Below, in pieces: positions 46,212 to 54,732 of a stretch of 64,000 nucleotides of DNA (positions are counted from its first letter, which is position 1; the number at the start of each line of letters is the position of its first letter). The notes below the pieces were generated by a model. It did no database searches. It saw only the letters and a list, made by a program, of their open reading frames with translations, and was not told the DNA's origin. The stretch is from an uncultured Methylomirabilota bacterium (GTDB taxonomy: Bacteria; Methylomirabilota; Methylomirabilia; Methylomirabilales; 2-02-FULL-66-22). Both the position numbers and the translations under genes were made by a program. The stretch covers positions 1,216,001 to 1,280,000 of the forward strand of contig CAWJSJ010000002.1 of NCBI GenBank assembly GCA_963845565.1. The letters run 5' to 3'.

Positions 46212-47330
46212 ATGGACAGGAAGTCAATAGGGGTTCTGTGCGGAATTTTCGTGGCATTTACATTCTTGACGGCTTCACCATCCTTGACTCAAGTTACTCC
46301 GTCAGGCCTGGTTCTCCCCTACAAAGCGGAATACGGGGGAGGCGACGCTTTCACAATCTCCACCTACGCCGGCAGGGCAGGAGTATTCTCAGCAATAAAC
46401 GCGAGAGACGGAAACAACCCATCCGACGCTCTGCTGGCTCAGAGCTATGGCACGGGCAGGGCAGGACTCTTCCAGGTGAATAATGCAGCCAGTTCAGCCG
46501 CAGCGCTGAGTGCTTCCACCGACGGGAAGGGTCCAGCCATACAGGCTAACGGGGCGTTAGCCGGAGCATTCAACGGGATGGTGTATATGAGTGGCCCCCT
46601 GGGAATAGGAACAATGAGACCCCCAGAGATGTTGAGTGTGCAGGGGGGCATGAGTCTGCAATCAGGCATCAAAATTGATCAGGGAAACACGAATAACGGT
46701 ACTCTTGGTCTGGGCGCGATCGTTTTTGGCGCAGGACAAGAGGGAATTTCATCGAAGCGTTCGGCAGGCGGCAACCAGAACGGAATTGATTTCTATACGC
46801 GCAATACGGCTCGCTTGTCGATCACCCCTTCCGGCCATGTGGGCATTGGGACGTCCAGCCCGAATTCCACTTTGGATGTCGCTGGGACGATAACTGTGCC
46901 ATATCTGATAGTAACTCGTGGCATAAGTAAGCCAAGCGGACACTTCAAAATAGATCATCCCCTGGATCCGCTCAACAAGAACCTGTTTCACTCGTTTGTT
47001 GAGAGTCCGGATATGAAGAACATCTATGATGGAATAGCGACCCTGGATTCCAAAGGAGAGGCGGTTGTTGTCCTGCCGGAGTGGTTCGAGGCACTGAACA
47101 GGGATTTTCGATACCAGCTCACCTGTATTGGAGGCAGCGCATTGGTCTTTATTTCGGAGGAAATCAAAAATAATAGCTTTTCCATAGCCGGAGGCAAAGA
47201 GGGCTTGAAAGTATCCTGGCAAGTTACTGGCATCCGAAAGGACCCTTACGCCAATAAGTACAGGGTACAGGTGGAAGAGGAGAAATCCTCTGGTGAGAAA
47301 GGGCGCTATCTCTATCCCGACGCATACTAG
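46212..47330 (+). CDS. Exported beta-repeat protein with 'GIGT' repeats and a tail-fibre/chaperone-like C-terminal domain
   Basis: Signal peptide; 'LGIGT..P' and 'VGIGTSSP' repeats; C-terminal 'FKIDHPLDP...HSFVESP...YQLT.IG...VSWQVTG.R'; visibly more AT-rich than its flanks. Confidence 0.7.
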   Translation: MDRKSIGVLCGIFVAFTFLTASPSLTQVTPSGLVLPYKAEYGGGDAFTISTYAGRAGVFSAINARDGNNPSDALLAQSYGTGRAGLFQVNNAASSAAALSASTDGKGPAIQANGALAGAFNGMVYMSGPLGIGTMRPPEMLSVQGGMSLQSGIKIDQGNTNNGTLGLGAIVFGAGQEGISSKRSAGGNQNGIDFYTRNTARLSITPSGHVGIGTSSPNSTLDVAGTITVPYLIVTRGISKPSGHFKIDHPLDPLNKNLFHSFVESPDMKNIYDGIATLDSKGEAVVVLPEWFEALNRDFRYQLTCIGGSALVFISEEIKNNSFSIAGGKEGLKVSWQVTGIRKDPYANKYRVQVEEEKSSGEKGRYLYPDAY

Positions 47331-47331
47331 A

Positions 47332-47659
47332 AAACGGGGCATGGCTGACATCTGTGGATCTTCATAACGCAATACGTCGCATGATCTGTCCGATCATGGT
47401 AAGGCTTTTCGCTATCATGCCCCGCCAGGCCCGGTTGGATGCCCCGGAGACCCTGCACCATGTGATGGTGTGGGGGCCGGAGCGCCACGTCATCTTCCGG
47501 GGTGACATAGACCGGGAGGACAGCCGTCGCTCGGCGTCCACTCGAGTGCGATCCCGAAGGCGGTCCGACGACGGGCACTGGCCGCCGGAGAGTTGCGGTG
47601 CCTCCTCTCGAATGGCGAGGCGTCATAGGATGCAACGTCCCGTATTCCGTCCCGTATTC
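47332..47659 (+). mobile_element. Remnant of a REP-associated tyrosine transposase (RAYT/Y1) element
   Basis: 'MPRQARLDAPETLHHVMVWGPERHVIFRGDIDRED' from ATG 47417, then loss of homology; tandem CGTCCCGTATTC x2 at 47636-47659. Confidence 0.7.
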
Positions 47660-47981
47660 TGTCGGGAGAAATCGGACTCATGAGTGCTCCTTGCGAGGAC
47701 GGTGGCGTGGCAGTATGAAGCAGTCGTTTCGGATAGGCACGCAACACGCGCGGGCCAAACGACGCCCCCGCGTCGTCTCGACCTTACTCGTCCGATAGGC
47801 CGGACGACTTCGGTGGGCTATGGACTTGCCGCCGTCTTACCAGCTTTCGCGATTTAGAATACAGGAGTGCTTACCCGTACGCCAGTCCTTCACCAGCGGG
47901 AGGGTTGTCCGAACGTAGCGCACCCATCCCCGTCTGACTACGCGCAGTGTTTGGTGAAGAGCACCTCTTCGCCGTTGGCGT

Positions 47982-48293
47982 TTACGGCCAGATCTGCTCC
48001 CAGGCGGAGCGCTGGCGGTCCAGGACGGTGGCCCACCGAGCGTCGATCTTGTCGCTGATCTGCTTACGGTAGTCGGAGTCCAGGAAGCGCTGGAGGGCGG
48101 CCTCGTCCTTGAACTCTATGGCGGAGAGGAGTTGGAAATGGTCCTCACCCAGAATCGCGCGGTAGCGGCGGAAGCTTACCGCCCCAGGGAAGGCGAGGAC
48201 GTCGGGAACGTGGACCTCCTCGTAGAATTTGTTGAACTCCACCTCGATTTCCTTCGGGAGCCGGATCTTCACCATGAAGAGCACAGTGGCCAT
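47982..48293 (-). CDS. Small dimeric alpha/beta-barrel protein (DUF4286/EthD-like)
   Basis: 'FNKFYEEVHVPDVLAFPGAVSFRRY'; AAAGGGG RBS. Confidence 0.75.
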   Translation of the reverse strand: MATVLFMVKIRLPKEIEVEFNKFYEEVHVPDVLAFPGAVSFRRYRAILGEDHFQLLSAIEFKDEAALQRFLDSDYRKQISDKIDARWATVLDRQRSAWEQIWP

Positions 48294-48435
48294 TGTTTCG
48301 CCCCTTTCTTCGTTGCCGCTCGCACGTCCGGGCGCGCGGCGGTTTAGAACAGCCGCGCCGGCGCGCGCACTTCAGCTTCTTGGCGATCTCTTCGACCTCG
48401 GCTGGGGTTTTGGCGATGTGGGTACCGACCTTAGG

Positions 48436-49407
48436 CTACTGCGTCTCGAGGCCGAATTCCTTGATCAGTTTCCCGTACTGTTCGAAGGCCGCCTTGGCCC
48501 AGACACGGTATTCCTCGGACGGAAGATACAGGACGGGCTGACCGATGTCCTTCAGGATCTTCACGAACTCGGCGTCCTCGGCGACCTCTTTGAGCTTCTT
48601 GTCCCAATAGGTCACGATCTCCTTCGGCGTGCCCTTGGGAAAGGCCACGCCCTTGACGGAGCCGGCCGTCACCACGTTGTAGCCGAGCTCGCGGAAGGTC
48701 GGCACCTCGGGCAGGGCTGGGTCGCGCCGATCCAGCGCCACGGCCAGGACCCGGAGCCGGTTCGCCTTGATGTGGGGCAGGACGTCGGAGGGCAGCTGGC
48801 CGCTACAGTCGACATGGCCGCCCAGGATCTTGTTGAGGGCATCCGCGCTGCCGGAGCCAGGGATGCTGGTCAGCTTGAAACCGGCCGCCTTGGCGAACAT
48901 CTGCATGGTGATGTCCACGGAGGCCCCCTTGGTGGAGACCGACGCCGTGACGTACTCCTTGGTTTTGGCCCAGGTCACGAACTCGGCCAGCGTCTTGTGG
49001 GGCGAGCTGGCGGGCACCGTCATGATGACCGAATGGATGGAGAGCCGGGGGCCGACCTCGAAATCGTTGAAGACGTCGTAGGGCAGCTTCCGCTGGTGGG
49101 GCACCACCAAGTCTTCCCCCGAGCCCCAGCCGAAGAGCACCGTGTAGCCGTCGGGTCGGGCCCTCACCACGTCCACGCGGCCGGGGATCGCGCCGCCCCC
49201 CGCCTTGTTCACCACCACCAGGGGTTGTGGAAAATACTTCGGGCCGAACTGCGCCAGGGCCCGGGCCAAGAGGTCAGTCGAGCCGCCCGCCGCGTACGGC
49301 ATGATGAGCTGAATCGGCTTGTCGGGGTACGCGGCCTCCGCAGAGGCGGGAACTACCCCCGCAACGGCCAGGATAACGAAACCGAGCGCCCAGATCGTGC
49401 GCTTCAT
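48436..49407 (-). CDS. Orphan TctC/Bug-family substrate-binding protein
   Basis: 'YPDKPIQLIMPYAAGGSTD', 'PDGYTV', 'PEVPTFRELG'. Confidence 0.9.
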   Translation of the reverse strand: MKRTIWALGFVILAVAGVVPASAEAAYPDKPIQLIMPYAAGGSTDLLARALAQFGPKYFPQPLVVVNKAGGGAIPGRVDVVRARPDGYTVLFGWGSGEDLVVPHQRKLPYDVFNDFEVGPRLSIHSVIMTVPASSPHKTLAEFVTWAKTKEYVTASVSTKGASVDITMQMFAKAAGFKLTSIPGSGSADALNKILGGHVDCSGQLPSDVLPHIKANRLRVLAVALDRRDPALPEVPTFRELGYNVVTAGSVKGVAFPKGTPKEIVTYWDKKLKEVAEDAEFVKILKDIGQPVLYLPSEEYRVWAKAAFEQYGKLIKEFGLETQ

Positions 49408-49468
49408 GACTCTTCCTCCGTGTGGCGGGTATTTGCGAAGGGTGCAGCCCCTTCCACAGCATGCAGGT

Positions 49469-50353
49469 CTATGCCGACGCTCCCGACAGCCGGCGCGCCA
49501 GCGTACCGATCTCGGCGGGGATCTTGGCGATGAGGGCGCCGGCCTTCTCCAGGGCGGCGACCTTGCTCTGGACGCTGCCCATGCCGCGCTGGACGATCGC
49601 CCCGGCGTGGCCCATACGTTTGCCTTCCGGGGTGTTGCGCCCGGCGATGTAGGCGATGACGGGCTTCTTGAAGTCCTTTGCGATGTAGTCCGCCGCCAGT
49701 TCTTCCTGGATGCCGCCCACCTCGCCGACGATCGTGACGAAGTCGGTTCCCGGATCGGCGGCGAAGAACTTCAGGATGTCCGCCAGATCGGTCAGGACAA
49801 CGGGGTCCGCGCCCATGCCGACGACTGTGCTGGGCGCCGTCCCGGCTTTGGCCAGGATTCCGCCGACCTCATAGGCCAGGGTGCCGCTGCGCGAAATGAC
49901 GCCGGCCCGGCCGCCTACCTTGGGGAATAGGTTCCCCGGGATGATGCCCATCTTGGCCTCGCCCACGGTCAGGATGCCGGGGGTGGTAGGGCCGAGGAGC
50001 GTGGCCCCGACCTTCCGCGCCTCGGCCCGCATCTCCATGGTGTCATGAACGGGGACGTGCTCGGTTACCACTACGACCAGCTTGATCCCGGCTTCCAGCG
50101 TCTCGAAGACCGTGTCCTTGACGGCGCGGGCCGGGACGAAGAAGACGGAGGCCTCCGCCCCGGTCTCCTTCACCGCCTCGGCCACGCCGTCGAAGACGGG
50201 GACGCCCTCGACGGTGGCGCCGCCCCGCCCGGGGGTGACGCCGGCCACGATGGTCGTGCCGTATTCTTTCATCCACTTGGTCTGGGCCTGGCCGATCTTT
50301 CCGGTGATGCCCTGGACCAGGACGCGGGTGGTCTTGTTCAGAAGGATACTCAT
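49469..50353 (-). CDS. sucD: Succinate-CoA ligase-like alpha subunit
   Basis: 'LVQGITG', 'AGVTPG', 'SRSGTL', phospho-His 'KRMGHAGA'. Confidence 0.88.
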   Translation of the reverse strand: MSILLNKTTRVLVQGITGKIGQAQTKWMKEYGTTIVAGVTPGRGGATVEGVPVFDGVAEAVKETGAEASVFFVPARAVKDTVFETLEAGIKLVVVVTEHVPVHDTMEMRAEARKVGATLLGPTTPGILTVGEAKMGIIPGNLFPKVGGRAGVISRSGTLAYEVGGILAKAGTAPSTVVGMGADPVVLTDLADILKFFAADPGTDFVTIVGEVGGIQEELAADYIAKDFKKPVIAYIAGRNTPEGKRMGHAGAIVQRGMGSVQSKVAALEKAGALIAKIPAEIGTLARRLSGASA

Positions 50354-50376
50354 GAGCCATTCCTTCCAGTGAGGGC

Positions 50377-50438
50377 GATGATGGACGATGGAGGATAGAC
50401 CATGAAGGGCCGCTGATTTCGTCTATCATCCACCATGG
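50377..50438. repeat. Inverted heptamer tandem-repeat element
   Basis: GATGGAC/GATGGAG/GATAGAC left arm, GTCTATC/ATCCACC right arm. Confidence 0.55.
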
Positions 50439-51581
50439 TCAATGGACTGCACCCAGCGCGGCGCAGAGCGCGTCCACGGCCGCCTCGGTGGTGATGTCGG
50501 TCACGATGATGACGCCGGCTTCCTTCAGCGTGGCCCAGGTCTCTTCCTGGCGATTCCCCAGGGCCTTGGCCACGACCGGGAACGTCACCTGCTGCTCCTT
50601 GAGGACCCGGACGATGCCCTTGGCGCCCTCGTGGATGGGATTGATCCCGCCGTAGAGGTTGATGAGGAGGCCGCGCAGGCCCGGCTTCTGGAGGACCAGG
50701 GAGGTGGTCTTGTACATCAGTTCCTCGGTGATCCCGCCGCCGGTCTCGAGGAAGTTGGCCGGCTTGAGGCGCTGGCCGACCACATCCATGGTGGCCATGC
50801 CGAGGCCTGCGCCGCTGCTGATGATGGCGATGTCGCCGTCCAGGTCCACATACGAGACGCCGATCTGCTTGGCCGCCCGCTCCAGCGGGTGCTCGATCCG
50901 GGCCAGCGTGTCCTTGGGCATCTCGGGGTGGCGGAAGAGGGCCGAGTCGTCAACCTCCAGGACCGCGTCCACGGCCCAGAGGGCCTCGTCTGCCGTGACG
51001 GCCAGCGGGTTCACCTCGGCGATCAGGGCGTCGCTCTTGCGGAAGACGCGATACAGCGCCACCAGGACGTCGGCGATCTTGACCATCAGGTCGCCGCGGA
51101 AGCCCGCCTCGCGCGCCAGGGCGCGCCCCTCGTGGCCGCGCAACTCGGCGGGTGGGACCACGCTCTTCCGGAAGAGGGCCTCGGGCTGCTCCTTGGCGAC
51201 CGTCTCGACGTCAATCCCCCCGGCCGTCCCCAGGATCACGGTGACGGCCCCGGCGACGGCGTCCACGGTGACGCCGACGTAGAGCTCCCGCGCGATAGGC
51301 ACCGCCTTCGCGACCATGACGGACTCGACGGCGAGGCCGCGGACCGTTTTGGCGAGGAGAGCCGCCGCCTTCTCGCGGACCTCCTCCGGCGTGCTCGCCA
51401 GGAGTATGCCGCCGTGTTTCCCGCGGGACCCGACCAGGACCTGGGCCTTCAGGACGACCGGAAGGCCCACCTGCCCGAGCGCTGCCACCGCCTCGTCCGC
51501 GGTGCGGGCCACGGCAAATGGGGGCACCGGGACGCCCGCCTGCTGGAAGAATCTCGCCGCTTCGTGTTCATGCAGTCGCAT
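50439..51581 (-). CDS. sucC: Succinate-CoA ligase-like beta subunit (divergent substrate loop)
   Basis: 'MRLHEHEA', 'KAQVLVGSRGKHGG', 'EVNPL', 'GAGLGMATMD'; has 'NLYGGINPIH' in place of the canonical NIFGGIVRCD. Confidence 0.85.
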   Translation of the reverse strand: MRLHEHEAARFFQQAGVPVPPFAVARTADEAVAALGQVGLPVVLKAQVLVGSRGKHGGILLASTPEEVREKAAALLAKTVRGLAVESVMVAKAVPIARELYVGVTVDAVAGAVTVILGTAGGIDVETVAKEQPEALFRKSVVPPAELRGHEGRALAREAGFRGDLMVKIADVLVALYRVFRKSDALIAEVNPLAVTADEALWAVDAVLEVDDSALFRHPEMPKDTLARIEHPLERAAKQIGVSYVDLDGDIAIISSGAGLGMATMDVVGQRLKPANFLETGGGITEELMYKTTSLVLQKPGLRGLLINLYGGINPIHEGAKGIVRVLKEQQVTFPVVAKALGNRQEETWATLKEAGVIIVTDITTEAAVDALCAALGAVH

Positions 51582-52140
51582 GGTTTGCCGGCTCCTCTAT
51601 CTGCGTCTGCGCCGCGAGCTCGAGGCCCTTGCGGAACGCCTTGAGATTGAGGTCAATCGTCTTGGGGGGGACGTTCGCCCGGATGGCCGCCTCCATCCCC
51701 TCGACGCTCACGACCCCCGTCTTGGCCGTGAAGACCCCCATCATGATGATGTTGGCCACGATCGTCCGGCCCAGCTCCTGAGTGGCCAGGTTGGAGACCG
51801 GGAGCCCGACGCGCCGCACGTCGTCGCGGCCGACGGTCTTCACCAAGTCGCTGTCGATGAAAAGGAGGGCGCCCGGCCGCATGTCCGCCCCGTATTTCTT
51901 CATGGCTTCCTCCGACATCGCCACCATGATGTCGGGGTGGGTGACGCGCGGGTAACCGATGGGCTCGTCCGAGATAACGACCTCGGAGCGGGCGCCGCCG
52001 CCCCGGGCGGCCGCGCCGTACGACTGGGTCTGGACCGCCCGGCGCCCATCGGAGACAGCCGCGGCCGTTCCGATCAGCACACCGGACAGGACCACGCCCT
52101 GACCGCCGAATCCCGCAATCCGAATCTCCGTCCGTTTCAC
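51568..52140 (-). CDS. 2-oxoacid:ferredoxin oxidoreductase gamma subunit
   Basis: 'IRIAGFGGQGV', 'QSYGAAARGG', 'NIIMMG'. Confidence 0.92.
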   Translation of the reverse strand: MKRTEIRIAGFGGQGVVLSGVLIGTAAAVSDGRRAVQTQSYGAAARGGGARSEVVISDEPIGYPRVTHPDIMVAMSEEAMKKYGADMRPGALLFIDSDLVKTVGRDDVRRVGLPVSNLATQELGRTIVANIIMMGVFTAKTGVVSVEGMEAAIRANVPPKTIDLNLKAFRKGLELAAQTQIEEPANHATA

Positions 52141-52161
52141 GTCGCTCCTCCGATTTCACTT

Positions 52162-52258
52162 AACCACAGATTTCACAGATTACACAGATAATGGGGACGG
52201 ATATGAAACGGCCGGCTCCAATCCTCAAGAATCTGTGAAATCTGCGTAATCTGTGGTT
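52162..52258. repeat. Inverted nonamer tandem-repeat element
   Basis: AACCACAGAT-TTCACAGAT-TACACAGAT ... ATCTGTGAA-ATCTGCGTA-ATCTGTGGTT. Confidence 0.85.
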
Positions 52259-52284
52259 CCGGTTTCCCTCGGCGTCTTTGCGGT

Positions 52285-53124
52285 CTACTTCGCGCTGGCC
52301 ATGGCCTTGGCGCGCACCTTCGCCATGGTTTCGATGAGTTCGGGTTTGTCAGTGTCGAGGAATTCGCCGACCACGATCTTCCCCAGGAGCTCCTCCGCCG
52401 ATAGGGTCTTGGCCTTGGCGATGGCCACCGAATTCTGCTTGTAGTGTTCCATCATCTGCACCGAGTTCCCCATGCCCGTCTTGCGGCCGAACTCCACCGG
52501 GCACTGGGAGACCACCTCGACGAAGGCGAAGCCCTTCTTCTGGATCGCCTTCTTCATCGTTTTGACGATCTGACGCGGCTGGTAGGTCGTCCAGCGTGCG
52601 ATGAAGGAGGCGCCGGCCCCTTCCACCAGCCTGCAGATGTCGAAGGGATTCTCGGCGTTGCCGAACGGGGTGGTGACGGTCGAGAGGCCAAGGGGGGTGG
52701 TGGGTGCCACCTGGCCGCCGGTCATTCCGTAGATCCCGTTGTTCACGCAGACGACGGTCATGGCGATGTTCCGGCGCGCGGCGTGGATCAGGTGGTTCCC
52801 GCCGATGGCCGTCAGATCCCCGTCGCCGCTCACCACCATGACGTGCTTGCCGGGCATAGCCGCCTTGATCCCGGTGGCGAAGGCGATGGGCCGGCCGTGG
52901 GTCGTGTGGAGGACGTCGGCGAAGAAGCTCGGGCTGGGAATCCACGCCGAACAGCCGATCCCCGAGACGAACACGAAGTCGTCCAGGGAGAGTCCCAGCT
53001 CGTCGATCGCCTGGAGGATCCCCTGGGCCAGAATCCCGTTGCCGCACCCTGGGCAGTTGGCCGTGCTCTTGGCCGACGGCCGGATGTACTTCGCCAGGGG
53101 GTGGTCGAATGTCGCGAGGCTCAT
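52285..53124 (-). CDS. 2-oxoacid:ferredoxin oxidoreductase beta subunit (TPP-binding)
   Basis: 'CPGCG', 'SGIGCS', 'HGR', 'GDGD..AIGGNH', 'NNGIYGMTGGQ', 'SQCP'. Confidence 0.93.
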   Translation of the reverse strand: MSLATFDHPLAKYIRPSAKSTANCPGCGNGILAQGILQAIDELGLSLDDFVFVSGIGCSAWIPSPSFFADVLHTTHGRPIAFATGIKAAMPGKHVMVVSGDGDLTAIGGNHLIHAARRNIAMTVVCVNNGIYGMTGGQVAPTTPLGLSTVTTPFGNAENPFDICRLVEGAGASFIARWTTYQPRQIVKTMKKAIQKKGFAFVEVVSQCPVEFGRKTGMGNSVQMMEHYKQNSVAIAKAKTLSAEELLGKIVVGEFLDTDKPELIETMAKVRAKAMASAK

Positions 53125-54275
53125 GCGCGCACCTCTTTCACCGCCGCGAGGACGTCCGCGATCTCGTGCATCTCACCGAGGACGCGGGGCGGAAGGAAGC
53201 TGACGGGGGCCAGGCCTGCCGCCGCGGCCTGCACATAGTGGAACAGCTGGCCGAGGTTGTTCTCCAGGACGATCAGCCGCTTCGCCCGCTCCGCCACGGC
53301 CCGAATCTCCTTGTCCGCGAACGGCCAGAGGGTCCCCAGCTTCAGCCAGCCCAGGTTGAGCCCCTGGGCTCGGCCCGCCTCCACGACCGCCTGGGCGCAG
53401 CGGAAGATGGAGCCGTAACTCACCAGGATCGTCTCGGCCCCGTCCACATCCTGCGTGACCCGGACGATCTCGTCCCGGTGGGATTCGATCTTGTTGTGGA
53501 GCTTCTTGATGAACACATCCAGGGCGGAAGCGTCAACCACGTTTCGCCGGCCGTAGGCGTCGTGGCAGGAGCAGGTCACGTGGGCCTTGTGGCCGAGGCC
53601 GAAGACGGGCATAGGGGCCACGTCCTCGTCCAGGAAGCCCGGAAGGCTTTCCGTGTCCACACCCTTCGGGAAGAGCCGCCGATCGGCGATGGGGATGGCG
53701 GCCGGTTCGGGAATGAGCAACTCCTCCCGCATGTGGCCCAGGAAGGCATCGGTCAGGACGAAGACCGGGGTCCGGAAGCGCTCCGCCAGGTTGAAGGCCT
53801 CCACGGTGTAGTCGAAGCACTCCTGCACCGATGAAGGGGCGAGGGCGATGATCTGGTAGTCCCCGTGGGAGCCGCGCCGGACCTGGATCACGTCGCCCTG
53901 CAGTTCCACGGTGGGGATGCCGGTGGTCGGGCCGCCCCGCATCACGTTGACGATGACGCACGGCGTCTCGGTGCCGACGGCGAACCCGATGTTCTCCAGC
54001 ATCAGGCTGACGCCGGGGCCCGAGGTGGCGGTCAGCGTCTTCATCCCACCCCAGGAGGCCCCGATGATGGCGGCCATGGAGGCGATCTCGTCCTCCATCT
54101 GCAGGAAGGTGCCGCCAACGGCCGGCAGCCGTTCGGCCAGCCGCTCGGCCACCTCGGTGGCCGGGGTGATCGGGTAGCCGGCGGCGAAGCGGCAGCCGGC
54201 GGCGAGCGCCCCTTCGGCGCAGGCGAAATTGCCCATCATGAAGTGTCGCCCGGTCAGAACTGCGGAATTCGCCAT
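53121..54275 (-). CDS. 2-oxoacid:ferredoxin oxidoreductase alpha subunit
   Basis: 'GYPITPATE', 'QMEDEIAS', 'TATSGPG', 'RGGPTTG', 'HGD'. Confidence 0.93.
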   Translation of the reverse strand: MANSAVLTGRHFMMGNFACAEGALAAGCRFAAGYPITPATEVAERLAERLPAVGGTFLQMEDEIASMAAIIGASWGGMKTLTATSGPGVSLMLENIGFAVGTETPCVIVNVMRGGPTTGIPTVELQGDVIQVRRGSHGDYQIIALAPSSVQECFDYTVEAFNLAERFRTPVFVLTDAFLGHMREELLIPEPAAIPIADRRLFPKGVDTESLPGFLDEDVAPMPVFGLGHKAHVTCSCHDAYGRRNVVDASALDVFIKKLHNKIESHRDEIVRVTQDVDGAETILVSYGSIFRCAQAVVEAGRAQGLNLGWLKLGTLWPFADKEIRAVAERAKRLIVLENNLGQLFHYVQAAAAGLAPVSFLPPRVLGEMHEIADVLAAVKEVRA

Positions 54276-54303
54276 CAAGACCTCCGCGCCAAGAGCCAAT
54301 GGA

Positions 54304-54370
54304 AAACCGACAACCGACAACCGACAACCGGCCAATGCAAATCCGATGGCCCATTGTCGGTTGTCGGTTT
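54304..54370. repeat. Inverted heptamer tandem-repeat element
   Basis: (AACCGAC)x3 ... (TTGTCGG)x2. Confidence 0.8.
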
Positions 54371-54378
54371 GAGGATAT

Positions 54379-54648
54379 TCATTCCGCCGCCTGCGCCGCC
54401 GCCGCTGCCTCCGGCACCTCCTCCAGACGAACGACAATCGCCATGTCCGGGCAGTAGATCATGCAGTTGCCGCAATTGGTGCAGGCCGTGATCTTGTCGA
54501 TCTGCGGCGGACGGATTCCGCGAGAGGTCAGCCGCTCGGCGACCTTGAAGACGTCCTTGGGGCACAGGGCCAGGCAGATGCCGCAACCGTCGGCGCCCTT
54601 GCACAGCGTATCGTTGATCGAGATGATCACCGGCTTCTCTTTTGCCAT
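54379..54648 (-). CDS. 2x[4Fe-4S] ferredoxin (oxidoreductase delta subunit)
   Basis: 'CKGADGCGICLALCP' and 'CTNCGNCMIYCP'. Confidence 0.92.
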   Translation of the reverse strand: MAKEKPVIISINDTLCKGADGCGICLALCPKDVFKVAERLTSRGIRPPQIDKITACTNCGNCMIYCPDMAIVVRLEEVPEAAAAAQAAE

Positions 54649-54732
54649 CGCGTCCTTTTCTCCCGTGTATCTCGCCGCCGACCCTCAACCGTCCACCGCG
54701 CTGCGGCGGCCTCGATCGGCGATCGGCGATCG

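Noticed and set aside
46137..47330. Prophage tail gene indicating a prophage
   Set aside because: The protein has a Sec-type signal peptide, and there are no other phage genes in the window.
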